Positions 17,760-27,646 of a stretch of DNA of 64,000 nucleotides are shown one piece after another. The notes beneath the pieces were generated by a model, which saw only the letters and a program-made list of their open reading frames with translations, made no database searches and had not been told where the DNA came from. The DNA is from Thermoplasmatota archaeon (GTDB lineage Archaea > Thermoplasmatota > Thermoplasmata > UBA10834), in assembly GCA_016930135.1 (NCBI GenBank), contig JAFGHM010000055.1, positions 6,335 through 70,334 on the forward strand. Direction: 5' to 3'. A program made the position numbers and the translations under genes. How positions within the stretch are numbered: position 1 is the stretch's first letter; each line of letters opens with the position of its first letter.

Positions 17760-18710
17760 CTACTCAATCCCCAGGAGTGTCCTCGCCTGTCTTGCAGTCC
17801 CGATTTCCCTGCCCAGCTCGCGTGCGATCGTGGCGACCTTTCGCACCGCCTGCGCATTGCTGCTGATCTTCTCGTCGCGATGCGGATATATCCAGAGATG
17901 GTCCTCCATACCAACTCGGACGAAATCGACTCCGAGCAATATGGCGAGAGTCGTCATCGGGAGCCAGTTCCTCCCGCCAATGCTCGCCTCGACCACCGAA
18001 CCCGGAGGAACCATCTTCATGAAGCCAAGCAGATAGAGCATCCCCCATGGATCCGGATATGTATCCGCTGAGTTGTGCATGCCTGGTCCGAGACCGATGA
18101 AGTAGGGTTTCTTGATGAGTCCCGGCTTGATGAGCCACTCCCTTACGTTCACAAGGCCTTCTCCGTCATGCGCCATGAATTCCGGCTTGATCCCCATGGA
18201 TTCCAGGTATGTGATTGTCTTGACCGCATTGTCCTCGGCTGCGAGGCAGATCCAGCCGTCCAGGTAGTAGGAGATCGTCGTGAAGATTGTCGACTGCATG
18301 TACCTCTTGTCGATGCTGTGGAGGGCGTCGACCATTGGCTTGACCGTCTCGTAACTGTAGTCTCCCGACTGAGGGTCGTATCCCTCCGCTGAGCTCGGCT
18401 GGATTATCATGTCAGGGCAGCTGTCCAGGATTGGCGCTATCGTCTCCGAGAGGGTCTTGGTGTTGGTGAGAGAATCGCCCTTTTCGTCCCGATTGTGCAG
18501 ATGCGCCATACACGCTCCCTCAGCGTACGATTCAATCGCTGCTGTCGAGATCTCTCTTGGGGTGTACGGCTGGTTGGGGTTCTGTCTTCTCGAGAAGAGT
18601 GCGCCAGTCGGACATACAGTTATGAAAAGAGGCTTGTCCATTGTTAGGTTCTTCTCTTGTCTCTCGACCATCTTCGCCCATGAAACCCCCTCGAACTCCT
18701 TCTCGACCAT
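17760..18710 (-). CDS. Beta-keto acid cleavage enzyme (BKACE/DUF849, 3-keto-5-aminohexanoate cleavage enzyme family)
   Basis: KPLFITVCPTGALFSRRQNPNQPYTPREIS...AEGACMAHLHNRDEKG matches the hallmark N-terminus of this family. Confidence 0.75.
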   Translation of the reverse strand: MVEKEFEGVSWAKMVERQEKNLTMDKPLFITVCPTGALFSRRQNPNQPYTPREISTAAIESYAEGACMAHLHNRDEKGDSLTNTKTLSETIAPILDSCPDMIIQPSSAEGYDPQSGDYSYETVKPMVDALHSIDKRYMQSTIFTTISYYLDGWICLAAEDNAVKTITYLESMGIKPEFMAHDGEGLVNVREWLIKPGLIKKPYFIGLGPGMHNSADTYPDPWGMLYLLGFMKMVPPGSVVEASIGGRNWLPMTTLAILLGVDFVRVGMEDHLWIYPHRDEKISSNAQAVRKVATIARELGREIGTARQARTLLGIE

Positions 18711-18800
18711 TCCAATCCCCGATCCTCCGGTTCAGCGGATGGCCGGTGTAGGGTTTATGCCGGCATAATCCTTATCTATCTCTCCAGTCGGGGTGAAGAC

Positions 18801-20633
18801 TTGCAGGAATACGACATTCTCGTTCGCGATTCCGCTCTCATAGACGGCACGGGCAGGCCGTCCTATCGAGCAGATCTCGGCGTGATAGGCGAGAGGATAG
18901 CCGCAACAGGCGAGGTGAGAGGGGATGCGAGACTGGAGATCGATGCAAAAGGAATGGTGCTCTGTCCTGGGTTCATCGACCCTCACACCCACGGCGACCT
19001 CGGCATCTTGGGTCATCCGCGCGCGGAGAACTTCGTGATGCAGGGGATCACAACGATAGTCACCGGGCACTGCGGGGCGTCGATGGCCCCTTTGGCAGGG
19101 AAGTGCCCATCCGATCTGGTGAACGCATGGGACTGGTGGCACGAGCTTGGTCGGGGATCAAAGGATCCTCCGCTGCTGCTGCCGCTTGACGAGTACGGCG
19201 CACTCCTGAAGACCAAGCTGGGTTTCGCAGTCGATTGGACCAGCTTCGACGAGTTCCTGTCGAGGGTCGAGAAAACCGGAACCTCGGTCAACTTCGCCTC
19301 ATTCGTCGGCCACAGCACGGTGCGAGTCGCCGTCATGGGAGAAGAGTTCAAGCACGCCGCAAGCTGCAGGGAAATCGACGCGATGAAGCAGCATGTGTCG
19401 GAGGCTCTTGAGGCCGGCGCCTTCGGCCTCTCGAGCATGACCGATCCCGGTCCGGCTGAGTTCGCGGACGTGAACGAGCTCGTGGAGCTAGCACGGTTAG
19501 TGGCGGACTGCGGAGGGTTCTATGTCCCTCACACCAGGCACACGCAGAGCCAATGGCCCTCGGACTCCCCGGACGAGATCGGCTACGGCATCTTCCACGG
19601 GCCGATGGAGGACGTATGGGTTGGACGGTACCGAGGGGTCCAGGAGGCACTCGAAGTCGCCCGCAGGTCCGGAGTGTCGCTTCACATCGCTCATCTGTCG
19701 AACGTGTTCAAAATCCCTCAGCCACATCCGGACTACCTCGAGGAGGCCGCTGCAAGAGCCACCGTCGAGATACTGGACGATGCCGTGCGTGAAGGGATAG
19801 ACGTCACATTCGACGTGATCGCCTCTGGGAAGAGCATTTCTGCAGCGACCCTTCTTCGAGATGAGTTCGACCGATACATCGGGCGCTCTGAAGGTGCGGG
19901 TCTCGCTGCCCGGGTGAGGTCGGATGAGTTCAAGGATGAAGTCAGGAACGCTCACAGAATCGGAAGACTCAAGCTCGGCATGGTTCACACGAAGGCGGAT
20001 CCCTACTGGATGAACTGCTTCAGGATACTGAAGTGCGCGAACCAGGAATACGAGGGCAAGACAGTCGGGCAGATAGCAGCCGCCAAAGGCCAAGACCCTA
20101 TCGACACGATTCTCGATGTTCTTGCAGAGGACGCCGACACAATCTGGGTGCAGTTCCTTGACGATAGAGGGACGGATACGGCCAACGTTGTCTTCCTCCG
20201 CCACCCCCTGGCCATGCCGTGCACTGATGCCGAGGTGCACGGGGAGATTGGAGCGACAGATTCGTTGCGCCGGCCGCCGCCGACCGCCTATGACATGTTC
20301 CCCCAGTACATCAGCACGATGGTTCGGGAGAAGGGGCTGCTCAGCATCGAGCATGCAGTGATGAAGGCAACATCCCTTCCAGCACGCAGGTTCGGGCTTG
20401 TGGACAGGGGGGTCGTCAAGCCCGGCGCATTCGCTGACATCGTTCTGTTTGACCCGGGCTCCGTACGAGGTGTGAGCGACTTCATGGAACCGATGAGATA
20501 TCCGGAGGGTATCGAGCTGGTCGTGGTGAACGGGAGGTTGGTGTCCCGAAGACAGAAGCGGACAGAGGAGAGGCCGGGGAAGGTGCTGAGACGCGGAGCA
20601 GGCCAGGTCACCTCTGCAAGCAGACCGCCTTGA
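18801..20633 (+). CDS. N-acyl-D-amino-acid deacylase (D-aminoacylase)-family amidohydrolase
   Basis: MQEYDILVRDSALIDGTG...CPGFIDPHTHGD metal-binding N-terminus. The 610-aa protein has a C-terminal extension. Confidence 0.8.
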   Translation: MQEYDILVRDSALIDGTGRPSYRADLGVIGERIAATGEVRGDARLEIDAKGMVLCPGFIDPHTHGDLGILGHPRAENFVMQGITTIVTGHCGASMAPLAGKCPSDLVNAWDWWHELGRGSKDPPLLLPLDEYGALLKTKLGFAVDWTSFDEFLSRVEKTGTSVNFASFVGHSTVRVAVMGEEFKHAASCREIDAMKQHVSEALEAGAFGLSSMTDPGPAEFADVNELVELARLVADCGGFYVPHTRHTQSQWPSDSPDEIGYGIFHGPMEDVWVGRYRGVQEALEVARRSGVSLHIAHLSNVFKIPQPHPDYLEEAAARATVEILDDAVREGIDVTFDVIASGKSISAATLLRDEFDRYIGRSEGAGLAARVRSDEFKDEVRNAHRIGRLKLGMVHTKADPYWMNCFRILKCANQEYEGKTVGQIAAAKGQDPIDTILDVLAEDADTIWVQFLDDRGTDTANVVFLRHPLAMPCTDAEVHGEIGATDSLRRPPPTAYDMFPQYISTMVREKGLLSIEHAVMKATSLPARRFGLVDRGVVKPGAFADIVLFDPGSVRGVSDFMEPMRYPEGIELVVVNGRLVSRRQKRTEERPGKVLRRGAGQVTSASRPP

Positions 20634-20879
20634 CCGTGTACTGCCTCGAGAACGTCTTCTGAGAGACCGAAGCGTATCGTCATGTGAGTCTCATTGGCCC
20701 GACAGGTTTGAGATATCGGCAGATTCCCTTCCGGCATACAAGCCGGTGACGACCACCTCCACCCCCGCTCCAGATATACTGAACGCTTCGGCACCTCCTA
20801 ACAGACCTCCGAAGAGAGATATGAGCGAAAGACTAATCATGCTCATCTCGATTCTGAGTCGGCTTGGGAGGATGTGTGA

Positions 20880-22247
20880 GTGAAGGAGTGGTTCAATGCG
20901 AGACTGCTTGCGATTGTCGTGATCGTCATCGTCGTTCTGACGTTCACGGCACTCTTCGCATATGCGCACACCACGACATCTAGATGGGCCTTCGAGGACC
21001 TCGGCAGGGACCGAGATACCTGGCCGTACTCCGAGATCAAGATTGTCGGGCCTGACGAGCTCCATGTGGTTCAGTCGGGGATTGTGGACGGGAGGTATTC
21101 CCTCGTCTACTCCGCCTGGGCTAGTGGCAAACCTGATTCAACACCCATCTACATCTTCAACATCAGCCACTCATTCCGGGCAGCATCGATGGTCGTGGAT
21201 TCCGAAGGGCATGTCCACATCTTCATGGCACTTGATATCCTGGGGGCCCAATACGATGGGATATGGTATGCTAATGACTCGAATGGTGCATGGACGTTCA
21301 CGCGCCTTGACATAGATGACAACGTACTGGACCTGCGAGCAGCGATTGATGCTGCCGGGAAGTTCCACCTGATCTACGCCCAGAACCTGTGGGAACCTTC
21401 GAATGCCAACGATGTCATGTATGCCACAAACGCCAACGGTGGCTGGGTCGCCAGTATGGTGTATGAATGCCCTCCTGACACATATGCGTCCATCTGCGGC
21501 CTCGCCTCTGACGGTCAGGGCGTGCTTCGAACCGTGTTCGGAGTTGCCAACTATCACACCTACAACGACATCGAGTTGGAACACGCTGTCCTGAGCGAGG
21601 GGAGTTGGACTGTCTCTGAAATCCTGACGAGTTACAAGGTCGTTGGCCGACCTTCCATGGTCGTCGGGGAGGACGGGACGGCGCATGTCGGCCTCCTCAT
21701 GTCCGATGGAAGCACGTTCAGCCTTGCACATGCCTCGTGTCATGACGGAGTCTGGGATTTGGAGACGATTGTGGAGGCTGGCAACCGCTGGCCTTGCAGA
21801 ACAGCGATTGCCCTCGGCCAGGGAGATGAGATTCATATCTCCTACTACAGGCATTACTTCTTCGATTTCAACGCCGCGGGCAACGACTACTCCTTCTGGT
21901 ATGCCAAGAAGACGGCGGGATCCTGGTCCGTCGAGCGCGTCTCGTCAGCATATAGCGTGAGCGGGTACTCAGAAACATCGATAGCGGTCGACAGCGAAGG
22001 CAATGGGCACATGATTTTCTCCCGACTGAACGACCGCGGATACAGCCAATGGACGTGCACTGCGAAGAAGACATCTCAAGGAGTCCTTGGGGAGTCGCTC
22101 ACGGAAGCTCTGAGGAACACCGCGCTGCTTGTCGTTCCGCCATCTGTGGTGACTGCAGTGGCGTATGTTGTTGTTGGAGTGCGGAGAAGGCAGAACGATA
22201 GAAGGCAGAAGAGAGAAGACGAGGCCGGTCTTTGGGACAGAAGATGA
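20880..22247 (+). CDS. Membrane protein with beta-propeller-like repeats, anchored by both N- and C-terminal TM helices
   Basis: GTG start with a GGGAGG SD. TM helices sit at residues ~8-28 and ~410-432 and are followed by an Arg-rich tail. Blades of the form xDSEGxxHhhF recur about every 45 aa (VDSEGHVHIF, IDAAGKFHLIY, VGEDGTAHVGL, VDSEGNGHMIF). Confidence 0.6.
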   Translation: MKEWFNARLLAIVVIVIVVLTFTALFAYAHTTTSRWAFEDLGRDRDTWPYSEIKIVGPDELHVVQSGIVDGRYSLVYSAWASGKPDSTPIYIFNISHSFRAASMVVDSEGHVHIFMALDILGAQYDGIWYANDSNGAWTFTRLDIDDNVLDLRAAIDAAGKFHLIYAQNLWEPSNANDVMYATNANGGWVASMVYECPPDTYASICGLASDGQGVLRTVFGVANYHTYNDIELEHAVLSEGSWTVSEILTSYKVVGRPSMVVGEDGTAHVGLLMSDGSTFSLAHASCHDGVWDLETIVEAGNRWPCRTAIALGQGDEIHISYYRHYFFDFNAAGNDYSFWYAKKTAGSWSVERVSSAYSVSGYSETSIAVDSEGNGHMIFSRLNDRGYSQWTCTAKKTSQGVLGESLTEALRNTALLVVPPSVVTAVAYVVVGVRRRQNDRRQKREDEAGLWDRR

Positions 22248-22496
22248 CCGGAAGGCCTCGTTTCCTGTCGGAGAGGAGCAGCGGGAGCTGAGGCTCGGAC
22301 CGAGTCTTGGTCGTGTTCAACCAGGAATCCCAAGACCAAGTTCGTGACTGCTCTGAGTCGATTGCACCCCAACCGCCGGAGCACAGAAGGGAGACAATGG
22401 GCACCAGTCAATCAGGAGACTGGTTGCAGCGGGTATCCAACTGTCTCAGGATGCTATGATAGGCATCCGCACCTAACCTTATACCGCGGTGAGCGC

Positions 22497-22766
22497 ATGC
22501 ACGCAGTCCTTGCAGGGGCCATGGCAGTCGGTGTGTTCCTGTTCACTATCGGCGCAGGATTGGCTGTCGTCAGTCACTCAGAGGTAGACGCGCTGATCCG
22601 GTACGGGTCAGCCGACATGTCCGAAAGCCTTGACAGCCTGAACGACAGAGACATGAGGGGAGTCTTTCTTGCGGCTTTCGGTGTTGGCATTGCAGCATTC
22701 GCGCTGCTCATCCAAGAGGCAATCACGGAAAAAGAGAAACAAGAGAAAGAAAACTTCTTCTACTAG
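22497..22766 (+). CDS. Small two-TM membrane protein
   Basis: Two hydrophobic helices and a C-terminal KEKQEKE tail. Start chosen at the ATG with a GGTGAG SD. The ORF track extends to 22344. Confidence 0.35.
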   Translation: MHAVLAGAMAVGVFLFTIGAGLAVVSHSEVDALIRYGSADMSESLDSLNDRDMRGVFLAAFGVGIAAFALLIQEAITEKEKQEKENFFY

Positions 22767-22900
22767 ACTCATAAAAGGTCACACATGGAGCGCAGTCGTT
22801 TGGATCTTGTCTCCGGACTTGAAATAGTATCCGTTCCCCTGATACGGTCTCCAGCGGACATCTTGTCCCGACTCATCCTAGGCCTTCAAGGGCCTCGTCC

Positions 22901-23188
22901 ATGAACGACCGCCGCGACCGGATGCTCCTCTTCTATGCCCTCCTGAAGCACCTTGATGATGCCAGGGTCTCCTCGCGTCCGTGCACTCATCACCTCCTCG
23001 AGCACCGAATGCGGAGCAACTGGAAGGTCGTGGAACACCTCCTCACGAAGGCCATCGAGATCGGCTGGGTTGAACACGAACCCGGGGACAGGATTTATCG
23101 CATAACCGACAGGGGGCGCGAGTTCCGGTCACTGCTCGAGAAGGCAATCGCGCCCATATACCGCGAGTATCTTGACCAGAGGCGTTGA
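22901..23188 (+). CDS. Small winged-helix DNA-binding protein, paralog of 39866-40159
   Basis: 95 aa that align along their length with the 97-aa protein at 39866. It has a GDRIYRITDRGREF wing-like segment. Confidence 0.55.
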   Translation: MNDRRDRMLLFYALLKHLDDARVSSRPCTHHLLEHRMRSNWKVVEHLLTKAIEIGWVEHEPGDRIYRITDRGREFRSLLEKAIAPIYREYLDQRR

Positions 23189-23197
23189 GCTGCCTCT

Positions 23198-24061
23198 TCA
23201 GCCGAAGTACGCGTTCTCCAAGACATAGAGACCATCCTTGCCCTCTGCTATGAGTTCGATCGGGGAGCTCCATTCCCATGTCCTGTCATCAATCGTCCTA
23301 TCATACTTCATCCAGCTCTTGTTCGCGAACTCCGTGACCTCGCCTGGGAACTTCCCGTCGCCCGTCTGCAACAGGATTACCCTGACCGCCTGGTCGTACG
23401 GATATACCCGCCTGAGGACGTCCTCCGAGTCGGCCTTGAGCCGTCTGACGTCCTCGAGAGAGGCCTTCTCGACTGCGCGGACCATGACTACGAGGCCCTC
23501 GGGCACGTCCTTCGATGAAATGGTGAAAGGACTCTGCGTCTCGACGAACAGGTCGAACTTGTGGACACCCTTCGACTTCCCCTTGGCGGAGGCATCCCTG
23601 GCGACCTTGTGCTTGTATCTCGAGACCGCCACTTCTATTCTGTCGTCGGTTTCCCTGAGATAGGTCAGCAGTCTCGAGACGGGATCAGGGCCTCCGGGCA
23701 TCTTCGGGCTTGGCTTCCACAGGTTCGCGCGCCTTATTCCCCGTCCGAGGATCGAGTAATCCTCGAGGAGCGGGCGTCCTTCGTGCGCGCAGACGCAGGC
23801 GTATGCAGATACGAGCGCAATGATGGCGAGAGCGAATGCGTACAACCCGAGGCTCTCGGGTTGGTCCACGAAAATCACCCATAGAAACGAAATCGCAGAT
23901 GCGATGGCAATCGCTCCTCCTGCCCAGAAGGAGAATCCGATGGCGTATCTCATGTGGCTCATGCCTTCGAGCATCTCGTCGTTCAGATCGAAAAGCACGC
24001 TCATGGGGTCCGTCAGGAACTCTGGCAGGTCTTTCTCATCTTGGTCTGTCATGGTAGCCAT
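23198..24061 (-). CDS. Hypothetical membrane protein (2 TM + cytoplasmic domain)
   Basis: 287-aa ORF with two strong TM helices in the N-terminal third. It is convergent with the wHTH gene. Confidence 0.55.
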   Translation of the reverse strand: MATMTDQDEKDLPEFLTDPMSVLFDLNDEMLEGMSHMRYAIGFSFWAGGAIAIASAISFLWVIFVDQPESLGLYAFALAIIALVSAYACVCAHEGRPLLEDYSILGRGIRRANLWKPSPKMPGGPDPVSRLLTYLRETDDRIEVAVSRYKHKVARDASAKGKSKGVHKFDLFVETQSPFTISSKDVPEGLVVMVRAVEKASLEDVRRLKADSEDVLRRVYPYDQAVRVILLQTGDGKFPGEVTEFANKSWMKYDRTIDDRTWEWSSPIELIAEGKDGLYVLENAYFG

Positions 24062-24269
24062 GACAGCGAAGGAATCGCATATAGCAGTCAGAATCAGCGA
24101 TACTAAGCCGCCCGGGCCGAAGAACGACCAAGTCCGCTTCCCGGCCGCCTACTGGGGTCTCGACTACAGCATCACTGCCTCCCCGTCCGTGCTGGTCAAG
24201 GCTGCAGGCGGTCACCGCATCGTGAATCCAGTAGGCCGTGGAAGCAACCTACAAGCAGCGGGAAGCGAA

Positions 24270-25949
24270 TCACGAGTTGACCACTCTGAACTGCATCGAT
24301 GATCCCCCAAGACTGTATGCATCGTCGAGCAGCAGCCGGATCTCGTAGGTGCCAGGCTGGAGCGGCCAGGCGCCGTACCCCGGTAGCGACGACTCGGAGA
24401 AGGTGGTCGTGCCCTCTATCGCACCATGCGTGTACTCGTAGCTCAAGTAGCGCATGTTCCCTCCGCCGTAGCCGGCATAGACGATCTCCATGACCTTGCT
24501 CTTGCTGTTGCTGTCACCGCGATACAGGCCGAGCCAATCGCCGAAGTAGCCAGGCGCATTCGTCCACGAGACTATGATCGCCTCTCCTGACACGTATACG
24601 CTCTTGGAGGTCGTCACCGTTGTCCCTGCCCCTTGCTCGTATAGCCAGAACGGGATGCTTGTGACCTCCTGGCCGTGATTGCCAACAAGCATCGCCTCAT
24701 ATGCGCACGGCATGAGCAAGTCTGTCGCGAATACCAGTGTGCCGTCGATGTCGCCCTCTGTTGGCTGCGAGGCAACTGCAGATCCGGGATCCTCTCCTGC
24801 AGGCACTATGACGACCTTCTCGTTCGGCATTCCCGACGCGTGGAATCGGACGGCGAGGTCGTCGCCCACCTCGAGACGCCTCTTGTCCACAGCAACGAGC
24901 GGTGGCATCTCGCCCAGCTCGATGTCAAACGTCGAGACAACCGCGCGGTGGTCCGACGGCCAAGGGTCGACAACGATTCTAACGTCTGGATTGCCCGCTT
25001 CGCCCATGAGCTGGCTGTCGAGGGTTGTCGAAGGTCCCGCCGCAAGCACCCAGTCGATTCGGTCGTGCACCTCGTCTGCGACCCCCTCAGGAGACCCGGG
25101 CGTCCACGTGAACCCCGGATGAGCGACTGGGTCCGGATACACCTCCCTGTACGAGTCCCGGAACCCAGCCTCAGCAAGCTTCTTCGCTACCGGCCATTCG
25201 ACGGGATAGCGCACGACTTCGCGGACCTCGGCCACCTCCTCGGTCCAATCCAGGTGCGACGGGGAATTGAAGTCCCCCGTGAGGAAGACCGGGATGCCTT
25301 CAGAGACAAGCTGCGGCAGCACGCAGATGTGCTCCACTATCGCCGGTGATTCGTGCGATGCCTGGAGCCGCAGGGTTTCCTCGAGCTCGATCACCTCCTC
25401 AAGAGTCGCCCCGTCCCTGACCTCGTAAGGACCGTAGGGGTCGGCCGGAAGGTGCACGTTCGCGAGCGCAGCGACATACCCCTGCACAGGCTCGACGAAT
25501 ATGTACAGACCGTTGCCCCCAGGCGGGTCTACGAGCGGGAAGCGTGAGATCACCTGCAGCCTCTCGCAGCTGTACCAGCCGAGCGTGTCCGCGATCCGTT
25601 TGACATTCAGGCAGCCCTCTTGGAGATTGACGACGTCGGCGTCGGAGGCGAGGATGGCCACGAGGACCTGCTCAAGTGTCACCTCGTTGCCCTTTGGATT
25701 CATGCACCAATTGAAATTCCTGAGGTCCAGCTCGTCTCCTCCGTAGAAGATGTTGAAGGTCATTATCCTGAGCTCAACGCTGTCGCTGTTCTCATCGTCT
25801 GCCGCTGAGACCACGAGCGACATCCCGGAAACAGCCACAAGTGAGGACAGGAAACATGCGATGAACGCGCGCTTCCTTAGCCTTGAGTCAAAAGCCTTCC
25901 AATGCGCAGACCAGATGTCCGATACACTTTCGCGAGAACCAATGCTCAT
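24270..25949 (-). CDS. Secreted endonuclease/exonuclease/phosphatase (EEP)-family protein with a C-terminal beta-sandwich-like extension
   Basis: Signal peptide RKRAFIACFLSSLVAVSGMSLVVSA, then RIMTFNIFYGGDE (EEP N-terminal motif), LTGDFNSPSH and SDHRAV catalytic-core motifs. Start placed at ATG 25949, which has a GGGGGA SD and a TATA-like element at 25988-25998. The ORF track runs to 26105. Confidence 0.75.
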   Translation of the reverse strand: MSIGSRESVSDIWSAHWKAFDSRLRKRAFIACFLSSLVAVSGMSLVVSAADDENSDSVELRIMTFNIFYGGDELDLRNFNWCMNPKGNEVTLEQVLVAILASDADVVNLQEGCLNVKRIADTLGWYSCERLQVISRFPLVDPPGGNGLYIFVEPVQGYVAALANVHLPADPYGPYEVRDGATLEEVIELEETLRLQASHESPAIVEHICVLPQLVSEGIPVFLTGDFNSPSHLDWTEEVAEVREVVRYPVEWPVAKKLAEAGFRDSYREVYPDPVAHPGFTWTPGSPEGVADEVHDRIDWVLAAGPSTTLDSQLMGEAGNPDVRIVVDPWPSDHRAVVSTFDIELGEMPPLVAVDKRRLEVGDDLAVRFHASGMPNEKVVIVPAGEDPGSAVASQPTEGDIDGTLVFATDLLMPCAYEAMLVGNHGQEVTSIPFWLYEQGAGTTVTTSKSVYVSGEAIIVSWTNAPGYFGDWLGLYRGDSNSKSKVMEIVYAGYGGGNMRYLSYEYTHGAIEGTTTFSESSLPGYGAWPLQPGTYEIRLLLDDAYSLGGSSMQFRVVNS

Positions 25950-26241
25950 TCTCCGAATCCCCCCGAGCCTAGAACGCTCGCCACCCGTATCGGAGAACCC
26001 CGAGATAATACTAACTGGCGCTGACCGTCTCGCTACGTGCACATTTGATCTGAGGGTGCCTGATTCGGATCCCGAAAGAAGACCCTTGGCGACGAAAGCA
26101 GACACGAGGCCGATATGGTCTCCGGCGATGCACGGCCTCAGACAAGCGGCTCCATTGCGGCAGTCGTTCTAGGCGCTGGGATTGCACAACCCTTATTACC
26201 GTCGAGCCCCTGTCATCTTCATCAGCCCAGAGAGGGAACAC

Positions 26242-26730
26242 ATGGCAAATGCGAAGGAAATCCTTGCGACAGCGATTGAGATGGAGCACTTCGGGAGCGA
26301 GTACTACTCGAAGTTCGAGGACCTGGTCGCCAGCGAGAAGGCGAAGATCCTGTTCAGGAGCCTGGCTGCCGACGAGAAGGACCACGCACACATACTCGAG
26401 ATAGAGATGGCCAACCTGGGAGGCACGCCGAAGCCGCTTTCCGACAGGAAGCTGAAGAACTACCTGAAGCAGGTCTTCCCGGAGAGCATCCACAAGGACT
26501 CGATCCATGCCAAGGACGCCATCTCCGCCATCAAGCTGGGCATAATGACCGAGAGAAGGTCCATAGAATTCTACACGAAACATGCTGCGAGGGCGAGTCC
26601 TAAGATGAGAAAGATATTTGCGAAGCTGATCAAAATGGAGATCGTGCATCTTGGACTTCTGGAGGAGAACCTTCAGCTTTTAGAGGATGACGGTTCGTGG
26701 TACGGCTATCTGCCCATTCTCGAGGGATAG
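26242..26730 (+). CDS. Ferritin-like/rubrerythrin-like diiron-domain protein
   Basis: Paired E..H motifs (EMEH, DEKDHAH, ERRSIEF, MEIVH). Start at ATG 26242, which has a GAGAGGG SD. Confidence 0.6.
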   Translation: MANAKEILATAIEMEHFGSEYYSKFEDLVASEKAKILFRSLAADEKDHAHILEIEMANLGGTPKPLSDRKLKNYLKQVFPESIHKDSIHAKDAISAIKLGIMTERRSIEFYTKHAARASPKMRKIFAKLIKMEIVHLGLLEENLQLLEDDGSWYGYLPILEG

Positions 26731-26784
26731 TCCCCTGTGCCTTGGGAATTCTGGCAATCGTGATGGATGACAGAAGGCCTTCGT

Positions 26785-26813
26785 CCCTGAGAAGACCATA
26801 GAGGAGGAATCGG
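26785..26813 (+). repeat. Purine-rich intergenic motif, instance C (CCCTGAGAAGACCATAGAGGAGGAATCGG)
   Basis: Lies in the convergent gap between 26730 and 26914. Confidence 0.5.
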
Positions 26814-26913
26814 TAAATCAAGAACAAGTGACAAGAGGTTTGGTTTGTGTCGAGTTGATTGGGCACAAAGGTCCCCCTAATTGCCCTGATGGTCAACTTC
26901 GTGAGACTTGGGT

Positions 26914-27417
26914 TCACTCTTCCCAGAATACCTCGAGCGAGTACACCGCAGTGCCCTCGTTGAAATTCAAGTCCAAGGTACCGTATCCTCGTAGCTTGGC
27001 AAGGTCTCCTGTTCCTCCTCCCACAATGGTCGTGTCCATGTGGAACAGCATGTAACCAACCGACCAGCCAACGTTCCTGACCCTCAAGGTGCCCTCGTAA
27101 TCACCCCATGTGACCGTGTACCGCCCCCATTCGGACACAACGGTCTCGCCTGTCGAGAACACAATGGCTCTTGGAAGACAGTCATACGTTCCCGCGAGAT
27201 CCCCAGCCGCGTTCCATGTATTGTGCATGGTGATGAACGTGTTTTCACCAGCAGTCCTTGCCGACGACTCACTGCCGACCAAGGTCAAAGTGCCTGTGAC
27301 CGTAACTGGTCCTCCAGCAGCCGATATCGGAGTCTGAGCCAAGACCATGGCCAGGGCTACCGCACATATCGTTGCCGCAATAGTCGCTTTCGTCGTTTCA
27401 CCTCCCCCTCGAATCAT
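26914..27417 (-). CDS. Secreted hypothetical protein
   Basis: Signal peptide KATIAATICAVALAMVLAQTPISAA with a Thr/Gly-rich mature part. Confidence 0.55.
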   Translation of the reverse strand: MIRGGGETTKATIAATICAVALAMVLAQTPISAAGGPVTVTGTLTLVGSESSARTAGENTFITMHNTWNAAGDLAGTYDCLPRAIVFSTGETVVSEWGRYTVTWGDYEGTLRVRNVGWSVGYMLFHMDTTIVGGGTGDLAKLRGYGTLDLNFNEGTAVYSLEVFWEE

Positions 27418-27496
27418 CCGAGGCCATCTCCCGAATCGACCCTATGTTCGAAAAAGGTTTCTATCACAAGAGATGAATTGAAGGAGGTTTGAATAT

Positions 27497-27525
27497 CCCT
27501 CAGAAGAGACCATAGGGGGGAAGGC
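27497..27525 (+). repeat. Purine-rich intergenic motif, instance D (CCCTCAGAAGAGACCATAGGGGGGAAGGC)
   Basis: About 120 nt upstream of the Mo-oxidoreductase start. Confidence 0.5.
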
Positions 27526-27646
27526 ACGGTCGACCGCTTAACCTGCAACCGACATAATCCAGACAACTCAGCAATCGTCGCAGACTGAAAGACGCCACGA
27601 TTAAGTAGATTGGTGTCTTTGTAGCCCCCGACACAGCTGGTGAACG

